From: Oligoflexia bacterium
GTDB lineage: Bacteria; Bdellovibrionota; Bdellovibrionia; JABDDW01
DNA length: 64,000 nt
NCBI GenBank assembly: GCA_043732305.1
Contig: JAYTHU010000231.1
Location: 28,807 to 92,806 of the forward strand
Direction of reading: 5' to 3'
The notes beneath the pieces were generated by a model, which was not told where the DNA came from, ran no database searches, and worked only from the letters and a program-made list of their open reading frames with translations. Made by a program: the position numbers and the translations under genes. Of this stretch, positions 46,609 to 56,517 are shown in pieces. Position 1 is the stretch's first letter. Each line of letters starts with the position of its first letter.

Positions 46609-47889
46609 CTACTCATGAACTCTAGAAATTTTCGCACCGAGTGATTTTAATTTTTCTTCTAATTTCTCGTAGCCACGATCCAAATGATAAATACGATTCA
46701 CTTTAGTTTTTCCTGTAGCCACTAGTCCGGCGAGAACTAGGCAAGCACTTGCTCTCAAGTCCGTCGCCATAACGGGCGCTCCCTTGAGACCACCGGGTTT
46801 CCCTTTCACCACGGCTACTCGAGCCTTAGAAACAATATCTGCACCTAAACGCAAAAGTTCAGTCACGTGCATAAATCGATTTTCAAAAATTGTTTCAGAA
46901 ATAGTACTCGTCCCATTGGCTACAGCCATCAACACCATGAATTGAGCCTGAAGATCAGTCGCAAAACCTGGATAGGGATCTGTGGTCACATCCACGGCTT
47001 TCCATCCTGAAGAGGCATGGACCTTCACGCTATTTTCAGTCGTGGTGATTTTAAATCCTGCTTCAATCATTTTATCAATAAGTGCTTGAATCAAAACTGG
47101 TTGGACAGATTCGACTTCAACTTCTCCGCCAGTGATTGCACCCGCAATCAATAGTGTTCCGGCCTCGATGCGATCGGGCATAACCTGATGAGAAGAGGCT
47201 TTGAGTGAATGAACACCGACAATCTTAATTGTGTTTGTTCCTTCACCGGAAATATTTGCTCCCATTTTTTTCAAATAAACGGCAAGGTCTACAACCTCTG
47301 GCTCCCTTGCCGCATTCTCTAGAATAGTTTCACCTTCAGCCAATACCGCCGCCATCATGACGTTTTCTGTACCCGTCACTGTCACGCCATCGAACTTAAT
47401 TTTTACACCTTGGAGTTTACCTTGAGGATTTTCTACACTTTTACGAACTGTTGCTTCGACATAACCTTCGTCAATTTTAATTGTTGCGCCCATTCGCTCC
47501 ATAGCATCGATATGCAAATTTATTGGTCTTGCACCAATGGCACAACCACCAGGCAAACTCACGCGTGCATATCCGTAACGGGAAAGCAGGGGCCCTAAGC
47601 AGAGAACACTAGCGCGCATTTTCCGAACCAAATCATAATGAGCTTCTTGTTTCTGCGATGGCTTCACTTCTATGGTTAGCTCATTGCCAGTAAAATTTGC
47701 CTCGCACTGTAAGCTCTTAAGAAGTTCAATTGTGGATTCAATATCTTTTAGCTTAGGTACGTTGCTAAATTTGTGTGTTCCAGAAGTTAACAATGTAGAA
47801 AATAAAAGTGGCAGCGCCGAATTTTTTGCGCCACTCACTTTGACTTTTCCCTTAAGTTTGATTCCGCCTTCGACAAGTATACTATCCAT
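46609..47889 (-). CDS. murA: UDP-N-acetylglucosamine enolpyruvyl transferase
   Basis: GAKNSALP, RASV, PGGCAIG (Cys type), PDRIEAGT, DLRA, HLDRGYE. Confidence 0.98.
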   Translation of the reverse strand: MDSILVEGGIKLKGKVKVSGAKNSALPLLFSTLLTSGTHKFSNVPKLKDIESTIELLKSLQCEANFTGNELTIEVKPSQKQEAHYDLVRKMRASVLCLGPLLSRYGYARVSLPGGCAIGARPINLHIDAMERMGATIKIDEGYVEATVRKSVENPQGKLQGVKIKFDGVTVTGTENVMMAAVLAEGETILENAAREPEVVDLAVYLKKMGANISGEGTNTIKIVGVHSLKASSHQVMPDRIEAGTLLIAGAITGGEVEVESVQPVLIQALIDKMIEAGFKITTTENSVKVHASSGWKAVDVTTDPYPGFATDLQAQFMVLMAVANGTSTISETIFENRFMHVTELLRLGADIVSKARVAVVKGKPGGLKGAPVMATDLRASACLVLAGLVATGKTKVNRIYHLDRGYEKLEEKLKSLGAKISRVHE

Positions 47890-47900
47890 AGAAAAGTCCT

Positions 47901-48869
47901 TTAACTGTTTAAGCTCGATTTCGATATTTTAACAATTCGATCTCTGCTGGAATAATCTTTGATGAAACTGAAGTTAATTTTCTCTTGTAGGTTTGTGGAA
48001 ATCCAATGATTAAGAATTTCTGAAACTTTTTCCTTCTGATCAAAACCAATTTCAGAAAGAATGATCCCGTTGTCTTTCAGTAAGCCAATCATTTGCGGCA
48101 GCCATTTTTGAACTATCTCAATCCCATCATCCCCACCAAAAAGCGCGAGTGCAGGCTCAAAATTTCCGACATCTGGCATGAGCTGTGCATTTTTTGAAAT
48201 GTAAGGGGGGTTTGAAACAATAAGATCAAATTTGTCTTCAAGCTTGTGGTCATGCTTTTGGGCCCATACTGCAAAGTCCGCACACACAGTTGAAATTTTT
48301 GAAGCTTCGCTAGCGAGCGTTGCGAAATTTGCTCGGGCATACTTTAATGCTTCTTCCGAAATATCCAGTGCAGTCAACTCACAATCGGGAATTTCCAATG
48401 CCAGCGTGGCAGCAATACATCCCGATCCCGTTGCCACATCTAGTATTTTAAAACCTTTTGGAATGTCTGTACTTTGTGGATCGCCATCTTCGGTGAAAGT
48501 TCTATTTTCGGCAATCGCAATGGCTTCATCAATCAAATGCTCAGTTTCCGGTCTGGGGATCAAACAACCAGAACCAACGACAAAAGGTCTGCCGTAAAAT
48601 TCCTGCGTGCCTAAAATATAAGCGATGGGTTCAAAACTTGCGCGACGTTTTATAAATTCTCGAAGTTGCGTGAGTTCCTCGGGTTTCAAAGGCTGATCAA
48701 ATCTGAGGTAAATATCAATGCGTTTACATTTAAGGGCGAAACTGATTAAAAGTTCGGCATCTAACCGAGCTGAAGAAATTTTCTTCGCGGTAAAATGTTC
48801 TGTGGTCCAAAGGAGAATTTCTTTTACCGACCAAATTTTTACAAGCGCTGTCAGGGGTTTATTTATCAT
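47901..48869 (-). CDS. prmC: Release factor glutamine methyltransferase
   Basis: EPIAYILG, LIPRPETE, DVATGSG, SNPPY; follows prfA. Confidence 0.95.
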   Translation of the reverse strand: MINKPLTALVKIWSVKEILLWTTEHFTAKKISSARLDAELLISFALKCKRIDIYLRFDQPLKPEELTQLREFIKRRASFEPIAYILGTQEFYGRPFVVGSGCLIPRPETEHLIDEAIAIAENRTFTEDGDPQSTDIPKGFKILDVATGSGCIAATLALEIPDCELTALDISEEALKYARANFATLASEASKISTVCADFAVWAQKHDHKLEDKFDLIVSNPPYISKNAQLMPDVGNFEPALALFGGDDGIEIVQKWLPQMIGLLKDNGIILSEIGFDQKEKVSEILNHWISTNLQEKINFSFIKDYSSRDRIVKISKSSLNS

Positions 48870-49930
48870 TGGCTTTTCAGGGCCTCCGTTTGATAGTGCA
48901 TGATTAAAGGCTGAATGACTTCGTCTAGGTTTCCGGCAACAATTTTGTCAATTTGATACAGTGTCAGCCCGATGCGATGATCCGTCACGCGACCTTGTGG
49001 AAAATTAAAGGTTCTGATTCGCTCACTACGATCGCCCGTTCCAATTTGCCCTTTACGTTGAGCACTCAAAGCATTTTGTTGGCGTAGCATTTCAGCCTCG
49101 TACAGCCTGGCGTACAAAACTTTAAGGGCCTTAGCTTTGTTTTTTATTTGAGATTTTTCATCTTGGCAGACAACCACCAAGCCGCTTGGGATATGAGTGA
49201 TTCGCACTGCGGAATCTGTTGTGTTAACGCTTTGTCCGCCCGGCCCACCACTTCTGAAAACGTCAATTTTTAAATCTATTGCATTCACTTTCACATCGAC
49301 TTCATCTGCCTCAGGCAACACCGCAACCGTCACCGTGGAAGTATGAATGCGTCCTTGCGTTTCTGTTTTAGGGACACGTTGGACACGGTGAACACCGCTC
49401 TCATATTTTAATTTACTGAAAACTTTTTGCCCCTGAATCTCGGCGATAACTTCTTTAAATCCACCCATGTTACCGGGAGACAGAGTAATCATCTCCACTC
49501 GCCAACCATTTTGTGCGGCATATTTTGAATACATCATGAAAAGCTGTTCCACAAAAAGTGCAGCTTCGTCTCCGCCGGCACCGGCTCTGATTTCAATAAA
49601 TATATTTTTGTCGTCATTTGGATCTTTAGGCAGTAGCAAAATTTTAAGGCGAGCTTCTACGGCTTGCGTGTCTTTTTCTAAACCTGGCAGTTCAGCTTTA
49701 GCCATTTCGGAGAGTTCAGGATCTTTTTCAGTATCTAAAATGTGCTTTGTTGAATCGAACTCGGACTTAACTTTCTTATACTCGCGATAAGTTCCAACCA
49801 ACTCCTGAAGCGATGAATATTCTTTCATCAAAGACATATAGCGTTTGTTATCGGACAAAGTTTTCTCATCAGTGAGGAGATTTCCCAACTCAACAAACTT
49901 AGCTTCAACTTCATCCAGTTTTTTAAACAA
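48866..49930 (-). CDS. prfA: Peptide chain release factor 1
   Basis: EIRAGAGG, ESGVHRVQRVPKTE, GGQ, RSERIRTFN. TTG start at 49930 after an AAGGA SD. Confidence 0.97.
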   Translation of the reverse strand: MFKKLDEVEAKFVELGNLLTDEKTLSDNKRYMSLMKEYSSLQELVGTYREYKKVKSEFDSTKHILDTEKDPELSEMAKAELPGLEKDTQAVEARLKILLLPKDPNDDKNIFIEIRAGAGGDEAALFVEQLFMMYSKYAAQNGWRVEMITLSPGNMGGFKEVIAEIQGQKVFSKLKYESGVHRVQRVPKTETQGRIHTSTVTVAVLPEADEVDVKVNAIDLKIDVFRSGGPGGQSVNTTDSAVRITHIPSGLVVVCQDEKSQIKNKAKALKVLYARLYEAEMLRQQNALSAQRKGQIGTGDRSERIRTFNFPQGRVTDHRIGLTLYQIDKIVAGNLDEVIQPLIMHYQTEALKSQ

Positions 49931-49940
49931 TGGTGTCCTT

Positions 49941-49981
49941 AAAAATAAAAAAGCCTTTGCACTCAATTATAGGCAAAGGCT
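49941..49981 (-). terminator. Intrinsic terminator between rpmE and prfA
   Basis: AGCCTTTGC-12 nt-GCAAAGGCT followed by TTTTTATTTTT on the minus strand. Confidence 0.7.
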
Positions 49982-50007
49982 CTCTTAATTTGTTAAAAAT
50001 CGAAAAA

Positions 50008-50220
50008 CTACTTCGTGATAGCGGCAGCAGCGTATTTCTTACGGAAACGCTCAATGCGTCCCTCTGTATCGATTAATTTGTGTTTACCGGTGAAGAAAGG
50101 ATGGCAGTTAGAACAGATATCCAGCTGCATTTCTTTCTTGGTAGAACCAATTTCAAAGACGTTACCGCAAACGCAGGTAGCTTTTCCTTTAAAATATTCG
50201 GGGTGAATTCCAGCTTTCAT
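50008..50220 (-). CDS. rpmE: 50S ribosomal protein L31 (Zn-binding type)
   Basis: [23 protein letters not shown]. Confidence 0.98.
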   Translation of the reverse strand: MKAGIHPEYFKGKATCVCGNVFEIGSTKKEMQLDICSNCHPFFTGKHKLIDTEGRIERFRKKYAAAAITK

Positions 50221-50301
50221 AACAATCCTCCAAAAACTTTCTTCTATGTATGTTTTGAACCTTGTCTATATATGGGAACTATATGCCCTTTGGCAAGACT
50301 T

Positions 50302-51546
50302 TTATGTGTTCATGCTCCCCATGAATTCCATATTCGTCTTTGTTTTCCCAACTTTATCTAATAAAAATTCCATGCTATCCACTGGATTCATGGGCTGGAG
50401 AACCTTGCGGAGAATCCAGACCTTGCTGACCAGTTCTTTTCCAAGAAGCAGATCTTCTTTTCGTGTGCCGGATTTGTTGATATCCATGCAGGGGAAAATT
50501 CGTTTTTCCATGAGCTTACGATCCAAGTGAACTTCAGAGTTACCTGTTCCTTTAAACTCTTCAAAAATGACTTCGTCCATTCGGGATCCAGTGTCGATTA
50601 AAGCCGTAGCAATGATCGTCAGGCTGCCGCCTTCTTCAATATTCCGAGCTGCTCCGAAGAAGCGCTTGGGTTTATGAAGAGCGTTTGAATCCACACCGCC
50701 GGAAAGAATCTTTCCAGAGGGAGGAACAACGGTATTGTAAGCTCTTGCCAAACGGGTAATAGAGTCTAGCAAAATAACGACGTCTTTTTTATGTTCGACA
50801 AGTCGCTTGGCCTTTTCAATGACCATCTCTGCCACTTGCACGTGACGCGTGGCTGGTTCATCAAAGGTAGAGCTAATGACTTCGCCCTTGACGCTTCGCT
50901 GCATGTCCGTGACTTCCTCAGGGCGCTCGTCGATCAAAAGAACAATCAAAACAATGTCTGGGTGATTGGCGGAAATCGCATTGGCAATGTCCTGAAGCAA
51001 CATTGTTTTACCAGTTCTTGGGGGAGCAACAATAAGCGCTCGCTGACCAAGTCCCATTGGAACAAAGAGATCCAAGATACGAGTAGAATAATTGTTTGGT
51101 TTGAATTCGAGATTGATTCGCTCTTGAGGATAAAGCGGGGTCAAGTTATCAAAAAGAATCTTATCGCGAGCTTTCTCTGGCTCCTCATGATTGAGAATGT
51201 CGACTTTAAGAAGAGCAAAGTAACGTTCGCCCTCTTTAGGAGGTCTGATTGCACCAGAGACGGTATCTCCAGTTCTTAGATTGAAACGTCTGATTTGCGA
51301 GGGGGAAACGTAAATATCATCAGGACCTGGAAGATAATTATAATCGGGAGCTCTTAAGAAACCGAAACCGTCAGGCAGAATTTCCAGAACACCTTCGCCA
51401 AAGATCTCGCCTTTTTCAGATTGTTTTTTAAGGATTTCGAAAATTAGATCTTGGCGTCTTAGCCCTGCTCCATTTTCAATGCCCATTTGTTTTGCGAGTT
51501 CGTTGAGTTCGCCAATCTTCTTGTCTTTGAGTTCTCTCAGATTCAT
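50302..51546 (-). CDS. rho: Transcription termination factor Rho
   Basis: [35 protein letters not shown]. Confidence 0.98.
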   Translation of the reverse strand: MNLRELKDKKIGELNELAKQMGIENGAGLRRQDLIFEILKKQSEKGEIFGEGVLEILPDGFGFLRAPDYNYLPGPDDIYVSPSQIRRFNLRTGDTVSGAIRPPKEGERYFALLKVDILNHEEPEKARDKILFDNLTPLYPQERINLEFKPNNYSTRILDLFVPMGLGQRALIVAPPRTGKTMLLQDIANAISANHPDIVLIVLLIDERPEEVTDMQRSVKGEVISSTFDEPATRHVQVAEMVIEKAKRLVEHKKDVVILLDSITRLARAYNTVVPPSGKILSGGVDSNALHKPKRFFGAARNIEEGGSLTIIATALIDTGSRMDEVIFEEFKGTGNSEVHLDRKLMEKRIFPCMDINKSGTRKEDLLLGKELVSKVWILRKVLQPMNPVDSMEFLLDKVGKTKTNMEFMGSMNT

Positions 51547-51676
51547 GAGTGAATTTGCTCCTTAGTGGAAATCATTTGGTTTTCTTGGGGTGGGGTTTCT
51601 TTAAGTCAATTACCTTAAGAGGGGTTTAAATCGTTTTTGAGCCAAAAGCTTTGCTAACGGCGGTTGATATGAGCCT

Positions 51677-51704
51677 AGATTACGTCGTTTCTGCACAAAG
51701 TCAA
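51677..51704 (-). promoter_or_regulatory. Possible sigma70 promoter for rho
   Basis: TTGACT-16 nt-TAATCT. Confidence 0.4.
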
Positions 51705-51882
51705 TGACAAATCTCGGGTGACGTTTCTCGGTACATTTCAAAGCTAAGGCGCAAAACTGGCGCTGGTCAAGCGATTCCGGTAGTCCAGATCTAATTGAAA
51801 GCTCTCAAACTAGGCGCGTTTATTGAATTGATAGAGTTCGAAAACCCATGTTTTAGAAACTTGTACTCGGAGGAGTGGCCCC

Positions 51883-52917
51883 ATGAAGGTCTTAAAAAAC
51901 AAATCAACATTAGCTGCACTTGCCACATTATCTTTGTCCCTCGCGGGCTGCGGAAGTGGAAGCGGAAGCGGCGGCGGAAATACTCCGAACACAAATCTGA
52001 ATGCTCAGCAGTTAGCAGCTCAGCAGCTCGCCAGGAACAATCAAAACAATCCTTTGTCTTTCGACATAGTTCAAGGTCGAATTATCAACCGAGAGCTTCG
52101 CTTGATTGATGGAAGAGTCTCTTCTGAAGTTTTGAAAATGTCATGTATGAAAGATTTCGCTAAAAAATCTATTCCTACAATGGGAATGAAACAAAACATG
52201 GATATGAAACTGACCTTTGATGCCAACGGGATTCTCGTTGTCAGTATCAAAGACTTTGGAGGCATCAAGAGATCCGGCGCCATCACACCTGCCGCAGGCG
52301 TTGCATCCCCTACAGGAACGGTTAATTCTAACACTGGATTGCAAGGAACACCTGTTCCCCTGAATAATTCTGCTGCACAAAATGGTCAATCAATGGCTAC
52401 GCAGAATTTTGCAAAGATGACTCCCAGCGGAGCAACCTACACTTTGGCCGATGGACAAAATATTAAAATTGGCGGATTCGATGCTTTTGGAACTCTCTCT
52501 GCCGAATATATCAACGCCGTTCTAAGTGCCGGCGGCGTGTATGATCATGATGCCAAAGAAGCTCGTCGAGAATCTGTTTCCGCAAACGAAGTTTCTAGCC
52601 AATCTACGGCTCGTTCAAGTTCCGGATTTGATCCAAACTATCAATTAGGTCAGTCTTTATTTCCTGTAACTGCACCTGTAAATTATGTTTTGAATCAAAC
52701 CCAATCTGTGACAATGGATGGTAGCTACGCGAAGGCACACTTTGATGGTTTTGAAGCGGCAGTCCTAGTGACCGAGCAAATCAATCGCCAGCACGTCAGC
52801 CGAATTGACGCTCATGGGGTTTACGAGAAACTAGAAGCATTTACCAAAGATCCTAACTCATCTATTAATTGCGTGAACGAGTATGAAAACCACATCGAAG
52901 CGATGTATTTCCAGTAA
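51883..52917 (+). CDS. Hypothetical lipoprotein with a Gly/Ser and Asn/Gln-rich linker
   Basis: SD GGAGGAG; lipobox LAGC followed by GSGSGSGGG. Confidence 0.8.
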   Translation: MKVLKNKSTLAALATLSLSLAGCGSGSGSGGGNTPNTNLNAQQLAAQQLARNNQNNPLSFDIVQGRIINRELRLIDGRVSSEVLKMSCMKDFAKKSIPTMGMKQNMDMKLTFDANGILVVSIKDFGGIKRSGAITPAAGVASPTGTVNSNTGLQGTPVPLNNSAAQNGQSMATQNFAKMTPSGATYTLADGQNIKIGGFDAFGTLSAEYINAVLSAGGVYDHDAKEARRESVSANEVSSQSTARSSSGFDPNYQLGQSLFPVTAPVNYVLNQTQSVTMDGSYAKAHFDGFEAAVLVTEQINRQHVSRIDAHGVYEKLEAFTKDPNSSINCVNEYENHIEAMYFQ

Positions 52918-53041
52918 GCTGTAACAGCCACATTTGACTTAAAATACTCGACGTTGGTTCTGAAGGTCAAAATATTGACGTTTCCCGTTAAGTCTTCTCC
53001 ACCCCCATCCGAAAACTATAATGTAAAGAAAGGGATGGGTA

Positions 53042-53404
53042 ATGGAAACAGAAGAACAAAGAGCGCAGAGATTTAGTGTGGAAGTCGATCTTGATTTCAA
53101 GTGCAACTACGCGCGAGATTTCAACAAAGCTACCATTAAGAATATTTCAACATCGGGTGCAATGATCAGAACTGACATTCCGCTCAAACTCTCAGAAAAA
53201 ATCAACGTGTTTTTCAAAGTAAGCGGCCGAGAGCGAAAAGTTGCCGCCCAGGTTGTTTGGATTGGCGACCGCGGAATTGGCGTGAAGTTTAATCACTTCA
53301 ACAACCGCGATTTGCAAATCGTAGATGATCTTATTTATTTCGCCACGGAAAAAAATTCTTCTACCAAGGATTTGCTCGAAAATATTTTGAGTAAAGTCGC
53401 CTGA
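53042..53404 (+). CDS. PilZ domain protein
   Basis: QRAQR (RxxxR) and NISTSG (D/NxSxxG) c-di-GMP motifs. Confidence 0.88.
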   Translation: METEEQRAQRFSVEVDLDFKCNYARDFNKATIKNISTSGAMIRTDIPLKLSEKINVFFKVSGRERKVAAQVVWIGDRGIGVKFNHFNNRDLQIVDDLIYFATEKNSSTKDLLENILSKVA

Positions 53405-53427
53405 TCTAAAATTTTAAATTCAGCTAA

Positions 53428-53460
53428 TAAAAAACCCCTGGATCTCTCCGGGGGTTTTTA
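53428..53460. terminator. Bidirectional intrinsic terminator
   Basis: AAAAAA-CCCCTGGA-TCTC-TCCGGGGG-TTTTT between convergent genes. Confidence 0.85.
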
Positions 53461-53513
53461 TTTTAATTCATATCTATTAAAAATGGTGGTCCTTTGGACG
53501 AACTAGCCACTCT

Positions 53514-54863
53514 TTAGACTTGGGTGATTCCTTGGTTTCGTTTAGCGCTTCTTCTACGAATCGCGACGAGAGTTCCGCCGCCGATCAAAAGAATCCCTGC
53601 GGCCACTGCGTACATGATGGTGTCTTTATCCACTGCTTCAGCTGGCATTGCCTTTTTCTTCATTGCTGAAGGAGGGGGTGGAAACGCGGGAGCATTCAAA
53701 TCAGGTGGCGGTGGCGGAGGATTCATGCCGTTGTTCATGGTGCCGGCTCCAGGCATTCCATTGTTTGGTGAAGGAGGCATTTGATTTTGTGCCATGTTAG
53801 GAACAGGAGGTGGAGTCATTGGCGCAGTGTTCGCTGCTGCTGGCGCAGGCTCAGGAATTGCGGGAGGCGCTCCATTGTCAGCCACTTGCGTGCCGGCATC
53901 TTTTTTAGCGTAAGCCACAATATTTACTGAAGCAGGCCAGTACTGTAAATCAGTGCCAGCAGGAAGTTCAGTGGTTGAACTTAAGTTTTTGTTGATCGCG
54001 TAAATTTCTTTAAATGAACCTTCAGAACCGTACCACTCCATTGCCAAAGATTTCAAAGTGTCGCCGTCTTTGGAAGTGTAGGTTGTAGCGGGGAGTCCTT
54101 GATCTTCATACACCGTCATCATTTTTTCAGCATCATCTGCACGATTAGGAGAGTTGAAATAAACCTTGTCACCAGCATTCAGATTTGCCTTGAGTGCGGG
54201 ATTAGCTTTTTTCATTTGTTTGACTTTGTTTTCGCCAAAAAGTTTGTCGCTGACCGAATCAATCGTATCGCCTTCTCGAGCTAAATAAACTGTGTTAAGT
54301 AGTTGTCCGCCTTTTTTGAAAGGTTTGGATTTGATATGCGCGAGCATTGCCTTTTTCGGCTTCTCATCTGCTGGAGGAGCAGAGTTAGTAGCGGAATCTG
54401 CTGTCGTTGCAGCAGCTCCACCAAAGAGATCATTGCTTGCTGTTTCAGGAGCAGGCGATGCAGCAGCATCAGGTGCAGGGCTTGCTTGTGCGGTAGCATC
54501 TGCAGGAGGAGTTGTTACTGCAGCGTTTGGATCTGCAGGAGGGGCGTTCGGATCAGCCGGTGGATTATTATCTGGAGTTGCTACAGCCACATTAGGATCA
54601 ATTGCACTTGGATCTGCGGCCATCGAATCTGCGGGAGGAGTAGTTCCGTCGACTGCCGCTTGATCAGTCGCTGCGGCACCATCTGCCGGCGGAGTGTCTG
54701 AAGCGATTGCGTCGGGGTTAGCGGCAGCATCCGTGGAATCTGAAGTGGCTTCCGCTACATCTGAAGATGCGGCATCACCATCTTTATCACCGGAGCTACA
54801 AGAAACTGTTGTTGCAACAATTGCTGCAAGGAAAAGACTCAATAATGAAATTTTTCTGTTCAT
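53514..54863 (-). CDS. Lipoprotein with two LysM-like domains, Pro/Ala/Asp-rich linkers and a C-terminal TM
   Basis: Lipobox TVSC; YLAREGDTIDSV and YTSKDGDTLKSL; C-terminal TM plus RRRS. Confidence 0.7.
   Translation of the reverse strand: MNRKISLLSLFLAAIVATTVSCSSGDKDGDAASSDVAEATSDSTDAAANPDAIASDTPPADGAAATDQAAVDGTTPPADSMAADPSAIDPNVAVATPDNNPPADPNAPPADPNAAVTTPPADATAQASPAPDAAASPAPETASNDLFGGAAATTADSATNSAPPADEKPKKAMLAHIKSKPFKKGGQLLNTVYLAREGDTIDSVSDKLFGENKVKQMKKANPALKANLNAGDKVYFNSPNRADDAEKMMTVYEDQGLPATTYTSKDGDTLKSLAMEWYGSEGSFKEIYAINKNLSSTTELPAGTDLQYWPASVNIVAYAKKDAGTQVADNGAPPAIPEPAPAAANTAPMTPPPVPNMAQNQMPPSPNNGMPGAGTMNNGMNPPPPPPDLNAPAFPPPPSAMKKKAMPAEAVDKDTIMYAVAAGILLIGGGTLVAIRRRSAKRNQGITQV
54400..54790 (-). 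repeat. Low-complexity coding repeats (PPAD/PNA units)
   Basis: TPPADGAA, TPPADSMA, NPPADPNAPPADPNAA, TPPADATA. Confidence 0.7.
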
Positions 54864-55128
54864 GTCCCAATCCTTTGGCTCTGTTAATTAGTTAAGGCAC
54901 TTCCTGGCCCTACAATTATTTAATCACATTCCTTTCTGCGGACGAAGAAGAATAAATTTCAATCCCCACGCGCTGCGTGTTAGGACGTGGTCCTGAAATT
55001 AAATTTTTCTGTGAAGTATTAAATGTTTAGTTAATAAAAACTATTTTTATTTTTATTTGTTTTTTGATATTGCTACGTGTGCACGAATCCTATTTGCATA
55101 GACATTAGACCAGAGAAATCATTGGATT

Positions 55129-55581
55129 TTATTTCACCAAAGAAAATTTCTCTCCGAGATTAATTTTATTTTTTTCAAACCAGCCTTGCGGAACCTCTAG
55201 TGCGTACAAGGCGGGTTTGCCGCTCGAGTAAATAGCTGGACTATTATCCATCGGACTTGCGGGCACCATGTTTCTTATTTTTATCAGTTTCTTGTTTGAA
55301 TCAAAAAAACCTACGCTCAAGGGGATAAGAGTATTCTTCATCCAAAAATTTAAAATTTCTTCACGCGAAAAAACAAAGAGCATTCCCTCTCCAGATTGTA
55401 GCTTTTCGCGGAACATGAGACCCACTTCTTGCTGCTCGGAAGTTTCGGCGAACTCAGCTTTGATTTTTAATCTACCTACGAGCACGTCACCTTTTTCAAA
55501 TTTAACTTTGGCGGCTTGTTCTTTAGTTTGAATTTGAGCGAAACAAATAAAAGGCAATAACAACAAATAAAAAAAATTCAT
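55129..55581 (-). CDS. DUF192 family protein
   Basis: GLMFREKL, GMLFVF, FWMKNTLIPL, ALEV. Confidence 0.9.
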   Translation of the reverse strand: MNFFYLLLLPFICFAQIQTKEQAAKVKFEKGDVLVGRLKIKAEFAETSEQQEVGLMFREKLQSGEGMLFVFSREEILNFWMKNTLIPLSVGFFDSNKKLIKIRNMVPASPMDNSPAIYSSGKPALYALEVPQGWFEKNKINLGEKFSLVK

Positions 55582-56504
55582 GTGAATTCCTCATGGTGAA
55601 TAGCGACTCCGAACCTAAGTCCGCGGGTTGAAACAATCATTTCGGTTGCGTGGGCAAGCTTCAAAGAAATTTCTAAGAGCACGCAGCCAGCCACAATCAC
55701 GTCTGCACGAAGCGGTTCTAAACCTACTATTTTTTTTCTTTCACCGTTGGTCATAGGTATCAATCTATTTTTTAGTTTTAAAATTATCTCTTTAGTTAAT
55801 CTGAACCCCTCGACTTTAGATTCATCAAAATTTATTTCTTGATCGACACAAGCAAGGGTAGTTGGAGTTCCCGCAACCGCCAAAATCAAATCGGCATCAA
55901 CGGAGCCATATCCGCTCATGATGCCATCTGCATATTGTTCAAGAGCTAGAAGATCCTTTGCTTCAACAATGCCTTGAGAATTTTTACTTAGAAACATTTC
56001 TGTGAGACGAACGCAACCCACATCAAAACTCTGGGCTCGAGGTTTTCCTCCAAAGCGAGAGTGAATAAGTTCGGTCGAGCCGCCACCTACATCCACCACT
56101 AAGATTTTTTTCTTCTCTGGATTTCTAAGCGTGCTGATGGCCCCAGCAAAACTAAGTTCGGCTTCACGCGAACCTTCGATGATGTGCAATGGAATTTCGA
56201 GAGTTCTGCAGATTTCGAAAAGCTCTGAGCCATTTTTCGCATCACGCGCCGCACTTGTGGCTATGGCAATCACTTTATCAGGTTTAGCTTTTTTTATAAT
56301 TGCACTGAACTCTTCAAGACAGGCTTTCGCTCTTGATAGAGCCTCGGGAAGGAAAAATTTATTCTGACTTACTTTTTCCCCTAAGCGAACGACACGAGAA
56401 TGATCTTCGAGCACTTTCAAAGTCTTGAGACCATCCGCGCTTTCTACCGCCCCAATCAGGCAAAGAAAACTATTTGTTCCCATGTCGATAGCGGCAATTC
56501 TCAA
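55578..56504 (-). CDS. Ppx/GppA family phosphatase
   Basis: AAIDMGTNS, VVRLGE, ATSAARDA, GSREAEL, DVGGGSTE. TTG start at 56504 after AAGGAG. Confidence 0.92.
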   Translation of the reverse strand: MRIAAIDMGTNSFLCLIGAVESADGLKTLKVLEDHSRVVRLGEKVSQNKFFLPEALSRAKACLEEFSAIIKKAKPDKVIAIATSAARDAKNGSELFEICRTLEIPLHIIEGSREAELSFAGAISTLRNPEKKKILVVDVGGGSTELIHSRFGGKPRAQSFDVGCVRLTEMFLSKNSQGIVEAKDLLALEQYADGIMSGYGSVDADLILAVAGTPTTLACVDQEINFDESKVEGFRLTKEIILKLKNRLIPMTNGERKKIVGLEPLRADVIVAGCVLLEISLKLAHATEMIVSTRGLRFGVAIHHEEFT

Positions 56505-56517
56505 ACGAAGCTCCTTA

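Noticed and set aside
55080-55128. GGTCTAA on the minus strand, reminiscent of a c-di-GMP-I riboswitch
   Set aside because: The GCAAA/GAAA P1-P2 elements are absent.
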